Source: Macrostomum lignano (lineage: Eukaryota). From it: DNA of 64,000 nucleotides. The translations under genes and the position numbers were made by a program. How positions within the stretch are numbered: position 1 is the stretch's first letter; every line of letters begins with the position of its first letter. The stretch covers positions 1 through 64,000 of the forward strand of contig NIVC01000405.1 in assembly GCA_002269645.1 (NCBI GenBank). Direction: 5' to 3'. Below are positions 23,537 to 35,525 of the stretch, piece by piece. The notes beneath the pieces are model-generated. The model was given only the letters and a program-made list of their open reading frames with translations, was not told where the DNA came from and searched no databases.

Positions 23537-24662
23537 TGCTGCCCATGCTTTCAGAATCTACTAGGCTTGGAGTCTCCAGTAAGAGGAAATTAAACTTTTA
23601 TTAAAATATAGAGTTAGACACAGTATCTTACTCAAATTATGAACATAAAATTAAGTATAACTATAATATAAATGAATTTGAATACAAGCAATGAATTCAA
23701 AAATGAATGTTTTTGAAACATTCATTTTTTTCAAATATTTAAAAAAAAATGAAAAATAAAGAATGAAAGTTTATTATGAACTATAATAGACAAGCTTATT
23801 TGAAACGCAGTGTATATTACTTTTTAACTTTATCTTTCAATAACAATTCTAGCGCAGCAAAGATAATCATTTGTAGACTATACTCTATACTGACACGTCC
23901 GCACGCACGTGTATAGAGGGCCGTCGTAGGTCTGGGAAATAATTTAAAACCGCAGATAGACTAGTTTGTCCATATTTAATAAACGTACTATAACAAATGA
24001 AAAAAATACTCTTTATTGTTCGTTAATGCTAAAACATAACTGGTAAAAAATGATTATAAAAATCTTTGAATTAACAGTGGTACTTTCATTTTAATACATG
24101 TTTTTTGTTGTCAAAAATTTGAACTATCAACTTCTTATCGAAGTTTTATCGTACAAACGAGGTCCTACTTTACGGCATGGATACGATGTCATTACGTCAT
24201 ACTTTTTCATTTTAATTTTTAAAAAATCTATGTTTTTTAATACATTCGACACCACGGGGATGGTTTATATAAACAAATTGTTGGAAAAACCAGAATATAG
24301 TCAAATCGAGGTATACTGCTTGATTCGATGTCGTTTCGAGGTCGTGTGAACCAGTGGGACGTAGTGTTATACAGTCAGGTAAGAATGATAAAATAAATAC
24401 AAGCACTAAAACTTCATTGGTTAATTAAAACACAATGCCCCTGAGACAGTCAGTCTAGTACCGGCGTAAAAACAATGTCTTGTTCCCAGCAACAAGTAAT
24501 CATTTAAACGTTTGAAAATTTTCAGATGCTGACCCGTCACAGGCGCAATCCACAAGCATCAAGGCATTTGCTTCAAATGGTCAAACAAAAGATTGCGACT
24601 GAGACGAATTTAAGCGTCTTGTACAAGCCGAAGCTGCCAACAGTGACAGCTGCACAACAGCT

Positions 24663-27600
24663 TTGTTTAGTCTAAACAACATCGCGAACCAGAAGCAGAC
24701 TCATCTTAATCAGCAGATTAGTAGCGTTCTGGCAGCATTGTACGAAACTCGAGCCACTTTACGTATCCTTGTAACGATAATTGCTGATGAGCTGCTCAAG
24801 GATGCTAGTTTCTTGCGTAACACTTTAATAGCAGTCATGCAAGTTACTGAGAACAAGTATATAATCAACCACCAGTTGCTGAAGTCAAACTATCGTGATG
24901 CAAAGAAGCTGAGCAAGCTTGTTCTTCGACAGGCGTCCATTGATTGGCTGCCTGAATTGAACGCAGTTTTGTCAGTTCTACGTCGCATCGATGACGTTGG
25001 GAAATCAATTGAATACACAGATTGTCGGCTAGAGTGCCAAGTCAGACTACTATTTCCAAAGCAGGCCCCTAAGCCCCTAGCTATCGAAGCTTTTCTAGAA
25101 CAGTTCGATATGCAACTAATGCTGAAAATGCTAAGCAGCAAGCTGTCGAGGTTACACAATTTTCAAATTGCTAATCAACGACGGAAAGATTTCATCTTTT
25201 CTTGGAAAGTAATTCACGAAGAAATGGAACACTTTGATTGCCGCTTTTGCATTCTAAAAGACCAACGCGCTGTTCTATCTAGCATTGATTCATTCCTGAT
25301 TCCAGTTACAGTTGAAGTAGGCAGTGTATCGAGCGACTGTATTGAATTACTAGTTAGCAAGCCCACTTTTAACAGTGCGGACAACCCTGTAATGGGCGTG
25401 CTTGTGACTTGGCGCTGTGCTACATCAAATCGCATTGAAGGGATTGAATGCGACTTTGACGATAGACAAATGATAATGCTAAATTTGAAAGCTCTTCTGC
25501 CAAAAACGAAGTACTCCGTCAGCTATTCAACCGTTCGTGAGCTCGGCTATGGCGAATTGGTTAACCTAGAGCCAGTTGAGACTTTGGAGACTGACGCGCT
25601 CACAATCAGCTCAGCTAAAGCGATTTCACCGTTTGCTATTCAAGTTAAACTACACAAAGGCAAATCCTCAGGTCAAAGTTCCAATCACGTTGGGTATCGA
25701 GTTAGAGTTACGGATGGAGTATCAGGAGCTCTCATCTGCGACAGAAACTTCGAATCAACTGACACAGTTGTTGCTGTTCCTATATATGGCAATGGAGACT
25801 ACATCGTAACGGCAGCTTCACTGTACTCGGACAAGACAGCAGGCAAACCAAGTGACCCTTACGCAGTCAAGGCTGACTACTCGGCTCAAGAAGTTGCAAA
25901 GTACACAGCATTGCAGTTCTCTCAAGTAACCGACCAAGATTCCAAAAGTGTGCCAGCCGTGTACGAACTGCAAATGGACCGAACGATGAACGATGTCGCA
26001 AATCAAGTGCGCGGAATGGAGTACAGAGGCTGCTCTGACTATTACACTTTTCAGCAGTCGGAAGAAAAAGTCATTATGATCGTTGGAGAGACGGGGTCTG
26101 GCAAGACCACTCTGATCAACTCAATGGTGAATTACTTGTTCGGTGTGAATTACGATGACGAATTCCGACTCCGCATTGTCGCTGATCCGAAAGAGAAGGA
26201 GCTCAGCCAATCTCAGTCAGCTAGCCAGACTCTGGGTCACTTCCTACACGTTTCACCGACACGAAGGATCTCGTCATCCATTCACGTTTACTTTGGTAGA
26301 CACGCCCGGGTTTGGCGATACTGAGGGCATCGTGAACGACCAGAAGATTGTGGACAGAATTAGAGCATTCTTCTCCGCTCCCGGTGGCATCGATCACTTG
26401 GATGCAGTCGGCTTTGTAGTGCCGTCTAGTGTCTCTCGTTTGACGCCGACTCAGCGGTACGTCTTTGACTCGATTCTGTCTCTGTTCGGACGAGACGTCG
26501 GCGGTAACATCTATATTCTTGTGACCTTTGCGGATGCCAATGAACCACCGGTCTTGGAGTCACTTAAGGAAGCCAAAATTCCCTACAATATGCACATCAA
26601 GTTCAACAACTCGGCTGTTTTCGCCATGAAGTCGCAAGGTGTCAGTATGGCTGGCAGTTTCAATAAGTTGTTCTGGGATATGGGCATGGAAAGCTTCAAG
26701 GACTTCTTTCAGCATGTTCAGGGCATGCAAGCTAAAAGCCTGACTCTGACAAAGGATGTTCTTCAAGCGCGGGAGCGACTACAGGTGAAAATTGTAGCAA
26801 TAAAAACTCAAATAGACCTGAGTCTAGGAGTACTAAACCGCCTAGAGGCTGAGATCGACGTGATTAAGAGACACTCAGCTGACATCAAACGCAACAAAGA
26901 CTTCACTTACTCCGTTAAAGAAGAAAAGGCCGTTCATGTAGACATACCAGCTGGTACCTACATCACGAATTGTTTGACTTGCAACAGGACATGCCATTAT
27001 CCGTGCAAAATTCCGGAGGACAAGGACAAATCAAGGTGTGCAGCCATGACAGACGGCAAGTGCCACGTGTGCCGCGGCGCATGTGATTGGACCATGCACC
27101 GCAACATGCCTTACCGAATTGAGATCCAGAGCCAGGTGGTAACTAAAACTTCACAGGAACTGATGGCTCGCTATCAGGACGCTACCGGCAAGATGATTAC
27201 AGCCAAACAGTTGGTCCAGCAGGTTTACGAGGATTATTTGGCTAAAAAGTCAACCTTAGTTGAACTGATTGTGGAGTGCAAGGAGTGCATCGACAAGCTG
27301 AAAGAAATCGCCTTGAAACCGGACCCGCTAAGTGAAGTCGACTACATCGACAAACTGATCGAGTCGGAGAGGATGAACCGGCGCCCAGGCTATGCGAAAA
27401 GGATGCAGCAGCTGCAGGACATCCGGGAACTGGCCGTCTGCACAGGCAGCCTGCGTGACGACACCATACTGAACAGCATCGTAGACAATGAGAAACGGGT
27501 GTACGAGCGCTACCAGAAGTACATTAACAAGCCGATTGTTTCAGCTGTTAAAAAGAAGATACATCAATTCCATAACTGGATGGCTAGGAAGTTTCGTTAA
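24663..27600 (+). CDS. FN3-containing septin/AIG1-like (TRAFAC) GTPase with coiled coils and Cys-rich domain; frameshift at ~26232; N-terminus uncertain
   Basis: ORFs 24663-26324 and 26155-27600 join at SQT/WVTSY. G1 GETGSGKT 26085-26108, G3 DTPG 26299-26310, VTFAD G4-like. Two FN3-like units (LKALLPKTKYSVSY...GYG; VGYRVRV...YIVTAAS...G.PS). C-terminal NCLTCNRTCHYPC...C...CHVC...C...H cluster between coiled coils. No intron within ~2.9 kb. Confidence 0.85.
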
Positions 27601-27614
27601 ACTATAAATTTTTT

Positions 27615-27735
27615 TTTAAATTATGTCGGTATGTTATTGATTTTAGAAAAAAAATTTTTTTAATTATGTCGGTATGTTATTGATTTTAGAAAATTTTTTT
27701 TTTAATTATGTCGGTATGTTATTGATTTTAGAAAA
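27615..27735. repeat. ~42-43-bp tandem repeat x3
   Basis: ttatgtcggtatgttattgattttagaaa starts at 27621, 27664 and 27706. Confidence 0.85.
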
Positions 27736-27954
27736 AACGAAAAAACTTGCGACGTCGATCAGAATGTTTTGACAAAGCTTTTTCGCAACTCACAATCGTG
27801 CATCACTCTAAAGTCTCTAATGTATTTTCCAGTGAATTAGTTGCACTAGATTGCTATCTGGGGGTGGTTACTATTTGGGGGGTGCTAGCAATCAGGGGCA
27901 TGCATGCTTGCTATTGGGGGATGCTTGCTACTAGGGGAAATTGCTGATATGTCG

Positions 27955-28200
27955 ATCAGGCTTACGGGGTGAATTGCTGAGATTTCAAGGCTTACGGGGG
28001 AATTGCTGAGAGGTCAAAGGCTTACTGGGAAAATGTTAAGAAGTTAAGGATTACGCGAGGAATTGCTGAGAGGTCAAAGGCTTACTGGGAAAGTTGTTAA
28101 GAAGTTAAGGATTACGCAAGGAATTGCTGAGAGGTCAAAGGCTTACTGGGAAAATTGTTTAGAAGGTAAGGATTACGCGAGGAATTGCTGGGGTGTCAAG
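27955..28200. repeat. Degenerate composite tandem repeat
   Basis: Recurrent aggcttactggga...gaattgctgagaggtcaa / aagttaaggattacgc units. Confidence 0.75.
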
Positions 28201-29756
28201 GCAAATATGATTCACATAATTTTTGTCCCTTGCTTATTGGGCGCCCCGAAGGGGGGCACTAGATTGCTAGTCTATAGCTCGTATAATTAAAGTTGCGCTG
28301 TCTTATAGCAAAATCAGAACCTATGCTACTCGTAGTATGGCATGATCGAAATTAGATGAACTTGGAAATAGTTCACGGTTGAACGTTCTTTTTTAATCAT
28401 GATCTTCTCAAATGGGAGACTTGTTACTATATAACTATATACGAAACAATGTCAAGCACTAGACGAGTGTCCTAATAGACTAGTATGTATGCTACGGAGA
28501 GCCTAGCCTAGAGCCTAATCTTATTGGATTAAGTTTTAAAGTTATTTTGATCCACTCTTAATTATCCTTTTTAACATAATTTCGATCAGTACAACTTATT
28601 AAAACCTATTGCATACTGGCTTGTTTGCCATTTTTCACGTGCCCTGACGTAGCTCGTATTTTAAATCCTCGTAATCGAAGTGATTTGTGCTACAATCCGA
28701 TATGCTACTAGTATTGTTTTTTTATTCAGCTTTCACAACTAATTGTGCAATTGAATTACCGTATTATTTCAGCACAATATGTCCAGCAATTAACTCGATT
28801 GTAGCTGGACCGTATAAACGTAATTTTTATTCAGGATTGAGTAACTAGTACTTACTAAAAACTCGCCCTTTCGATGTATTCAATTAGCTGTTACACAATA
28901 GTGTAATATTTGCTACAGCTAGTAGCCAATACGAGTAATTTATCGACCACTCTGAATTGATTGGACAGTAAATCTTGTGGAATATACGAGTACTGGCAAT
29001 ATTCAATTATTTTTCTTTGAAAGCATGATTTAAAAAGCATCCCCAGGCGTGTATTAATAAAAGCAAATTAAAAGTAAAAAATTGAAATCAAACGCTTTTA
29101 TACATATAGTTCTTTTACTCAACACAGTTGGTTTGTCAATTGTCAGACATGTGTCTGTATGATTATTTATTTATTTTATTGGATCCGATAGTGACAGTGA
29201 AAATGATAGGTTTTACTAAATCTAGGAAGTTGTAATAAAAATAAAATTTGTTAAAGTTGCGCGTAGATAACAGGTGGTATTCAGAAATTCTACTGTGTTG
29301 TAAACCCCAAGTCAGCTTCGCAGGAGCGCAGAACACAACAGAATGTAAATTTGAACTTTCTTGCAAAAATACGTTATTTTCGTTATAGTCTACTCGTATG
29401 ACGAATACAAAGAGTAGCCAAGTAGCGAATTTATATAACGAAATGTAGGAAAAATGATTTTTTAAACAAAGGACACTTAAAAAAATTCAATACTTGGTTA
29501 CTGTTTATATTTTGCAACAAGAGAGTAAGCTGTTGCGCACATAACTGTATTTTGTTTTAGCAAGGAACAGTTTAATTCTACAATTTCTGTTATCCTATGG
29601 CGAATTCACACTTCTCTTTACAGCTGTAAATCTACATATAAATGATTATATTTTTCTAAACACTTGACAACCAATTGCTATTAGTCAGAGATAACCATTT
29701 CAAAGTTGGATAGCGTGAATGGATGAATGAATAAGATCTATTTATAATGGTAACTC

Positions 29757-30816
29757 TCATTTACCGCAGCCAGCCCGGATCATGCGGCCGCCAAGCAGCA
29801 GGGTGTTGATCAGGAGGCCCAGCAGGCCAATATAGCCGAAAGCGCCGCGCATGCGTTTCTTAGGATCGCCGCTTGAGTAGCCGCGAGCGTACGCGATCCG
29901 ACCGAGTAGGTAGAGAGCGCCGCAGGCGGCCGAGCAGCGGGGGGCCTGCATCGGTGGGTTATACATACAGTAGTTTTATTAATTTATTAACAGCTAAAAG
30001 TTTATAGCTCAAGGCGCCCTGACTTTCTCATCTTCAGATATGTACACTCTCTGTGCCTTGGCCGTTTGGGCTCTGATTAAGCGCGAATTGCACGACCAAT
30101 TGATACCTAATTGAATTCTGAGAGGGACACACTAATGCTGAAGTGGACACACTAATCCTGAGGTGGACACACTAATGCTGAAGTGGACACACTAATGCTG
30201 AAGTGGACACACTAATCCTGAGGTGTACACACTAATGCTAAGGTAGACACACTAATGCTGAAGTGGACACACTAATTCTGAAGTGGACACACTAATGCTG
30301 AGGTGGACACACTAATCCTGAGGTTGACACACTAATGCTGAGTTGGACACACTAATGCTGAGTTGGACACACTAATCCTGTGGTGGACACACTAATCCTG
30401 AGGTGGACACACTAATCCTGAGGTGGACACACTAATGCTGAGGTGGACACTAAAGACGAGCACGAGGACAGTGTAGCAGAACACCTTACTGTCATGGCTA
30501 GTTAATTACATATCAAGGTGAAAATTGGTACACAATTTACCTGCAGGCCGCCGAAAGCCAGCAGGAAGTAGAAGAAAGGCGCGTTCTCCAAATAGTTCTG
30601 GTGCGATCGTTGCACGCAGTTGAACTCCTTAGAACTGTCGCTATACATTGTGGGATATTCGACGCCGAACTTTTTCCTAGCCAGACCGACCTGCCTAGCC
30701 AGGTGCATGTTCACAACGAAGCCGCCCGTGCCGGCTAGCACAACCCAGCCATAGTCTTTGGGCAGGCCGTTCTGCAGATGCGGGTTCACCGCGTTGATTG
30801 CGTCCAGGAAGCGCAT
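29757..30816 (-). CDS. MGST3: Microsomal glutathione S-transferase 3 (MAPEG family), 2 exons, 154 aa
   Basis: Exon 1 30816-30541 and exon 2 29945-29757 (GT-AG, phase 0). [10 protein letters not shown]...[13 protein letters not shown]...[15 protein letters not shown]...GGLQ/APR...[23 protein letters not shown] matches MGST3. Confidence 0.95.
30126..30455. repeat. 20-bp intronic minisatellite (gacacactaatgctgaagtg)
   Basis: About 16 tandem units inside the MGST3 intron. Confidence 0.95.
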
Positions 30817-30849
30817 GGCGAATTTAGATTGGCTGCAATGTGCGAATTT

Positions 30850-31510
30850 TGGTTATGGCGGTTCTATGGGCTGTTTACGGCGATTCTATGGGCTGTTTAT
30901 AGCGATTCTATAGGTGGTTTATGGCTATTCTATGGGCTGTTTATGACGATTCTATGGGCTGTTTATAGCGATTCTATAGGTGGTTTATGGCGATTCTATG
31001 GGCTGTTTATGACGATTCTATGGGTGGTTTATGGCGATTCTGTAGGTGGTTTGAGGCGATTTTATGAGCTGTTCATGGCGATTCTATGGGCGGTTTATGA
31101 CGATTCTAAAGGTGGTTTATGGCGATTCTATGGGTGGTTTATGGCGATTCTATAGGTGGTTTATGGCTATTCTATGGGCTGTTTATGACGATTCTATGGG
31201 TGGTTTATGGCGATTCAAAGGTGGTTTATGGCGATTCTATGGGTGGTTTGAGGCGATTCTATAGGTGGTTTGAGGCGATTCTATGAGCTGCTCATGGCGA
31301 TTCTATGGGTGGTGTATGGCGATTCCAGGTGGTTTGAGGCGATTCTATGGGTGGTGTATGGCGATTCTATGGGTGGTGTATGGCGATTCTATGGGTGGTG
31401 TATGGCGATTCTATGGGTGGTGTATGGCGATTCTATGGGTGGTGTATGGCGATTCTATGGGTGGTGTATGGCGATTCTATGGGTGGTGTATGGCGATTCT
31501 ATGGGTGGCT
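30850..31510. repeat. 22-bp minisatellite (ggcgattctatgggtggtttat)
   Basis: Tandem units directly upstream of the MGST3 start. Confidence 0.95.
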
Positions 31511-32129
31511 AAGGGGTGATTCTATGAGTGGGGAGGAGGGATTCTTAGTGGTAGAAGCGATTTCATGAGTGAAATTGGGGCGATTCTGTGAGTGGGATAG
31601 GGGCAATGAGTGAGGTATGGATAATTATATGTTCAGCCTATGAAAAAGCTGAAAGTACCAAAGGTAGTGAAAGTTAAATAGGCAAGAAATCACAATAGAC
31701 ATAGTAAAAATGCTTGGTAGAAAGATAAAATTTTAACAAGAATTTTAGTCTGATTAACAACAGCAATAATGATGACTTAACAATTAATACTCAAGCTCGT
31801 TTATAAACAACTTCAGTTTAAAATCTGGTAATACTACTAAAGACACCGTAACGCAGTAGCAAATTACGAATACGGATTTGGGCATCAGAAAAGTGAAATT
31901 AGCAAATTAATGACTAGAATTTTTGGTTTGTGCAAAAACTTCAAGACTACGTAGTTTTCATTTAAAAAACTAGCTAAACAAAGCATCCGTCAAAAAACAT
32001 TGTTTTACTGAGCTCAGTTCTTGTAATCTAGGCTACAACCCGTATGATGACTTAGTAATATTTCGGTCATTTGAGAAGCATTGCCTGCATGAAAATTTTT
32101 GGAGGCTATCAAAGTGTGGCACGCGCTGG

Positions 32130-32425
32130 CCCAGCAACTGAGGATCTGGGAGGCTGGACCAGCAACTGAGGATCTGGGAGGCTGGATCAGCAACTGAGGA
32201 TCTGGGAGGCTGGATCAGCAACTGAGGATCTGGGAGGCTGGATCAGCAACTGAGGATTTGGGAGGCTGGATCAGCAACTGAGGATCTGGGAGGCTGGGCC
32301 AGCAACTGAGGATCTGGGAGGGTGGGCCAGCAACTGAGGATCTGGGAGGCTGGCCTAGCAACTGAGGATCTGGGAGGCTGGCTCAGCAACTGAGGATCTG
32401 GGAGGCTGGCCCAGCAACTGAGAAT
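32130..32425. repeat. 28-bp minisatellite (agcaactgaggatctgggaggctggacc family)
   Basis: Same unit and orientation as the array at 35693-36150. Confidence 0.95.
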
Positions 32426-32523
32426 CTTCCACATGGCGTAGATAATGCCACACACTGAGCCATGGATATCTATAAAGACGGTGCCGAGCTAAAAGTGCAG
32501 CTTGACGTGCAGTAAGCAAGTGG

Positions 32524-33906
32524 TTACTGGCGCAGCAGGGACACGGCAGAGGCGCAGGAAGTATACAGCATAATCCCAAATGCAATCCAGCTAAACTGCG
32601 ACCATTCGCCAGTGCCTAACTCGGCTGAAAAAATTCGAGAAAAAACTTGTTCTCTCTTGCCAACGGCCTGTGCGGTACGGGTACGAGCAGCAACCTGCTG
32701 CCTAGCAACAGACCGACTCAGTAGAAATGCCAGCCCAGCCAAAGCAGCCAGTCGCGGAGAGTCGAGGCCGCCAGTCAGCAAAGTGAAATAGAAAAATTCC
32801 GCCTCGCTAGAATAGTCCAGGTGCACCTGAACAGCCCAGTTGAAGTCGGGAGCATCCAGCTGGTGCATATTGGGAAATTTTATTTGGTATCTGCGTCTGA
32901 AATGCAAGCAAAGTACTAATAAGGTCAACATGAGGGTCCGGGATTCTGGGGACCAATGGAAAGGTCAACAAAAGGATCTGGGAACCAATGGAAGGGTAAT
33001 TTTAAGGATCTGGGAACCAATGTAAAGGTCAACATGAGGATCTGGGAATCAATGGGTCATTTTAAGGATCTGGGAACCAATGTAAAGGTCAACATGAGGA
33101 TCTGGGAATCAATGGGTGATTATGAGGATCTGGGAATCAATGGGTGATTATGAGGATCTGGGAATCAATGGGTGATTATGAGGATCTGGGAATCAATGGG
33201 TCATTATGAGGATCAGGGAACCAATTAAACATGAGGTCAACATGAGGATCTGGGAATCAATGGGTGATTATGAGGATCTGGGAATCAATGGGTCATTATG
33301 AGGATCAGGGAACCAATTAAAAGGTTATCGTGAGGATCTGGGAATCAATGTGTCATTATGAGGATCTGGGAACCAATGAAACATGAGGTCAACATGAGGA
33401 TCTGGGAATCAATGGGTGATTATGAGGATCTGGGAATCAACGGGTCATTATGAGGATCAGGGAACCAATTAAAAGGTTAACATGAGGATCTGGGAATCAA
33501 TGTGTCATTATGAGGATCAGGGAACCAATTAAAAAGTTAACATGAGGATCTGGGAATCAATGTGTCATTGAGGATCTGGGAACCAATGAAACATGAGGTC
33601 AACATGAGGATCTGGGAATCAATGGGTCATTATGAGAATATGGGAACCAATGGAAGGGTCATTATGAGGAACTGGGAACCAATAAAAAGGTCAACATGAG
33701 GATCTGGGAATCAAAGGAAAGGTCTGGAAGAAAGCTGCACACGCGTATCCACCCAAAATTAAGGGATGTCCAGAAGTGAATGCAAATAAAAAGGTGAGCT
33801 ATACTCACCTAGCGGCAACAACAGCAGCTGCCAGTCCAATATTAACCAGGACACCAGCGCTACCAACTGCAATCACGCAGCCGTAGTGCCGCGGTAGGCC
33901 AATCAT
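32524..33906 (-). CDS. Divergent MAPEG-family (MGST3-like) membrane protein, 2 exons, 156 aa
   Basis: Exon A 33906-33809 (ag|gtgagt) and exon B 32896-32524 (tttcag|a). Spliced: MIGLPRHYGCVIAVGSAGVLVNIGLAAAVVAARRRYQIKFPNMHQLDAPDFNWAVQVHLDYSSEAEFFYFTLLTGGLDSPRLAALAGLAFLLSRSVARQQ...WIAFGIMLYTSCASAVSLLRQ. It aligns colinearly with the neighbouring MGST3 (LP..YG, AR....FP.M, FN.....H, FFYF.L..GGL..PR, LL.R). Confidence 0.85.
32930..33715. repeat. Degenerate ~28-40-bp intronic minisatellite (gaggatctgggaatcaatgggtcattat)
   Basis: Fills the intron of the MAPEG paralogue; shares the tgaggatctggga core with the 28-bp arrays. Confidence 0.9.
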
Positions 33907-34384
33907 TGCGTCAGGCTAAGACATGTAGATATGAAAATTAAAATAATACGCTCCTAGTTATAGTAAATTTAATCACATTAGTATGAACGACAAATAGTTT
34001 ACGTTGAATTGATAAACTGACACACCCTTTTTTCAGAGAAACGTAGCTCGTACGTGCAAATGAAAGGCTGCTTTCGAAAGAATAAAAAGAACGCAGATGA
34101 CAAGAAGCTTCAGAGAACCGAGAGGAGATAAAAGTGAGCCCACTAGCCAATGGAATTAGCTATAACCCTACGAAATTGGGTAAGAGAAATGCCATGGAAG
34201 GGCTGACTCGCGTCAAATAGACCGATGAATGAGTCGGATGAGTGGGAGGGGAGTGGCTGAGCAATGACCTATCAAGAGTCTCAACTGTGCACTGCACTGC
34301 ACTCCACAAATATATATATACGACCTTGAGTAGTTAGTTAAAAAAACATTGAAAAGAAACTACATACAGTCCTAAAGACATCGT

Positions 34385-34800
34385 AGTAAAGATAGACACT
34401 GGGTGAGAGATATAACCAGTAAAGATAGACACCGGGTGAGAGATATAACCAGTAAAGATAGACACCGGGTGAGAGATATAACCAGTAAAGATAGACACTG
34501 GGTGAGAGATATAACCAGTAGAGACAGAGGCGTTGGTGAGAGATATACCCAGTAGAGATAGGCACTGGGTGAGAGATATAACCAGTAGAGATAGGCACTG
34601 GTGAGAGATATAACCAGTAGAGATAGGCACTGGGTGAGAGATATAACCAGTAGAGATAGGCACTGGGTGAGAGATATAACCAGTAGAGATAGGCGCTGGG
34701 TGAGAGATATAACCAGTAGACAGATAGACACTGGGTGAGAGATATAACCAGTAGACAGATAGACACTGGTGAGAGATATAACCAGTAGACAGATAGACAC
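34385..34800. repeat. ~30-bp minisatellite (gggtgagagatataaccagtagagatagacact)
   Basis: About 13 tandem units. Confidence 0.95.
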
Positions 34801-35525
34801 TGAATAAGATAAAACTAGCTAAGCAGATGTATAAAAATGCAAAAAGAAAGCACAGGATGAGGACAAATGAGGACAATTTACAAATAAGGAAACAGATTAC
34901 ATTTTAGAATTAGTTTATTTAATTAATTAAGTAATTACAAAGCAGGGAGTTACGGGTGGTAAGTTCATAAATATAATCATAATAAATATGTTAAGTTCGC
35001 AACAGAAACAAAAAAATTCCCTTTTAGAAACAGCTGGTTTGGTTTAACCGATTAATATCCTTACTATAAAATTTATCTATTAATTGCATACCAATTATAC
35101 AATTGTTGAAAATAAACCGCTCGCATAGCTGCCGCTATTTACTGTGCATCCTAGCAAATGTGTAAAGAAATTTATTGAATTTATACGTACATCTGGTACA
35201 CGGGATTCACTCATAGTTAATGCTAATTAATGAAGTTTGTTATGGAGAATGATTCAAGAGAATTAATTATATAATGTATATAACTGTACATGTAGAGTTT
35301 CACGCAAAATAAACAGTAGTATGAGACGGAGGGACAGAGGATCAAAACCAGAATGTACATTGTACAGGCGAGGCGTATGCTTCATTCAAGCGCTACCGCG
35401 GAGTCATGTTTTAACCATAAGCAGCACAGTAAAAACGCAAATAGTATTTTATTTACTCTACATACTCGGAACAATAATGGCTTCACAATTACGGGCAGGC
35501 AGGCAATGACGCACAGGGATTTCGC

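Larger units (their letters stand above)
15282..24358 (-). mobile_element. Full-length CMC-EnSpm (CACTA-superfamily) DNA transposon, 9077 bp
   Basis: Imperfect ~32-bp TIRs cccactggtcaatgcgacctcgaatcgacctc / gatgtcgtttcgaggtcgtgtgaaccagtggg. 2-bp TSD AC (15280-15281, 24359-24360). Subterminal cgacctcg repeats. Encloses a transposase and a second gene. Confidence 0.85.

Noticed and set aside
24600-24602. In-frame TGA upstream of the GTPase ORF as selenocysteine
   Set aside because: No redox motif context and no SECIS identified; an uncertain N-terminus or an indel is a simpler explanation.
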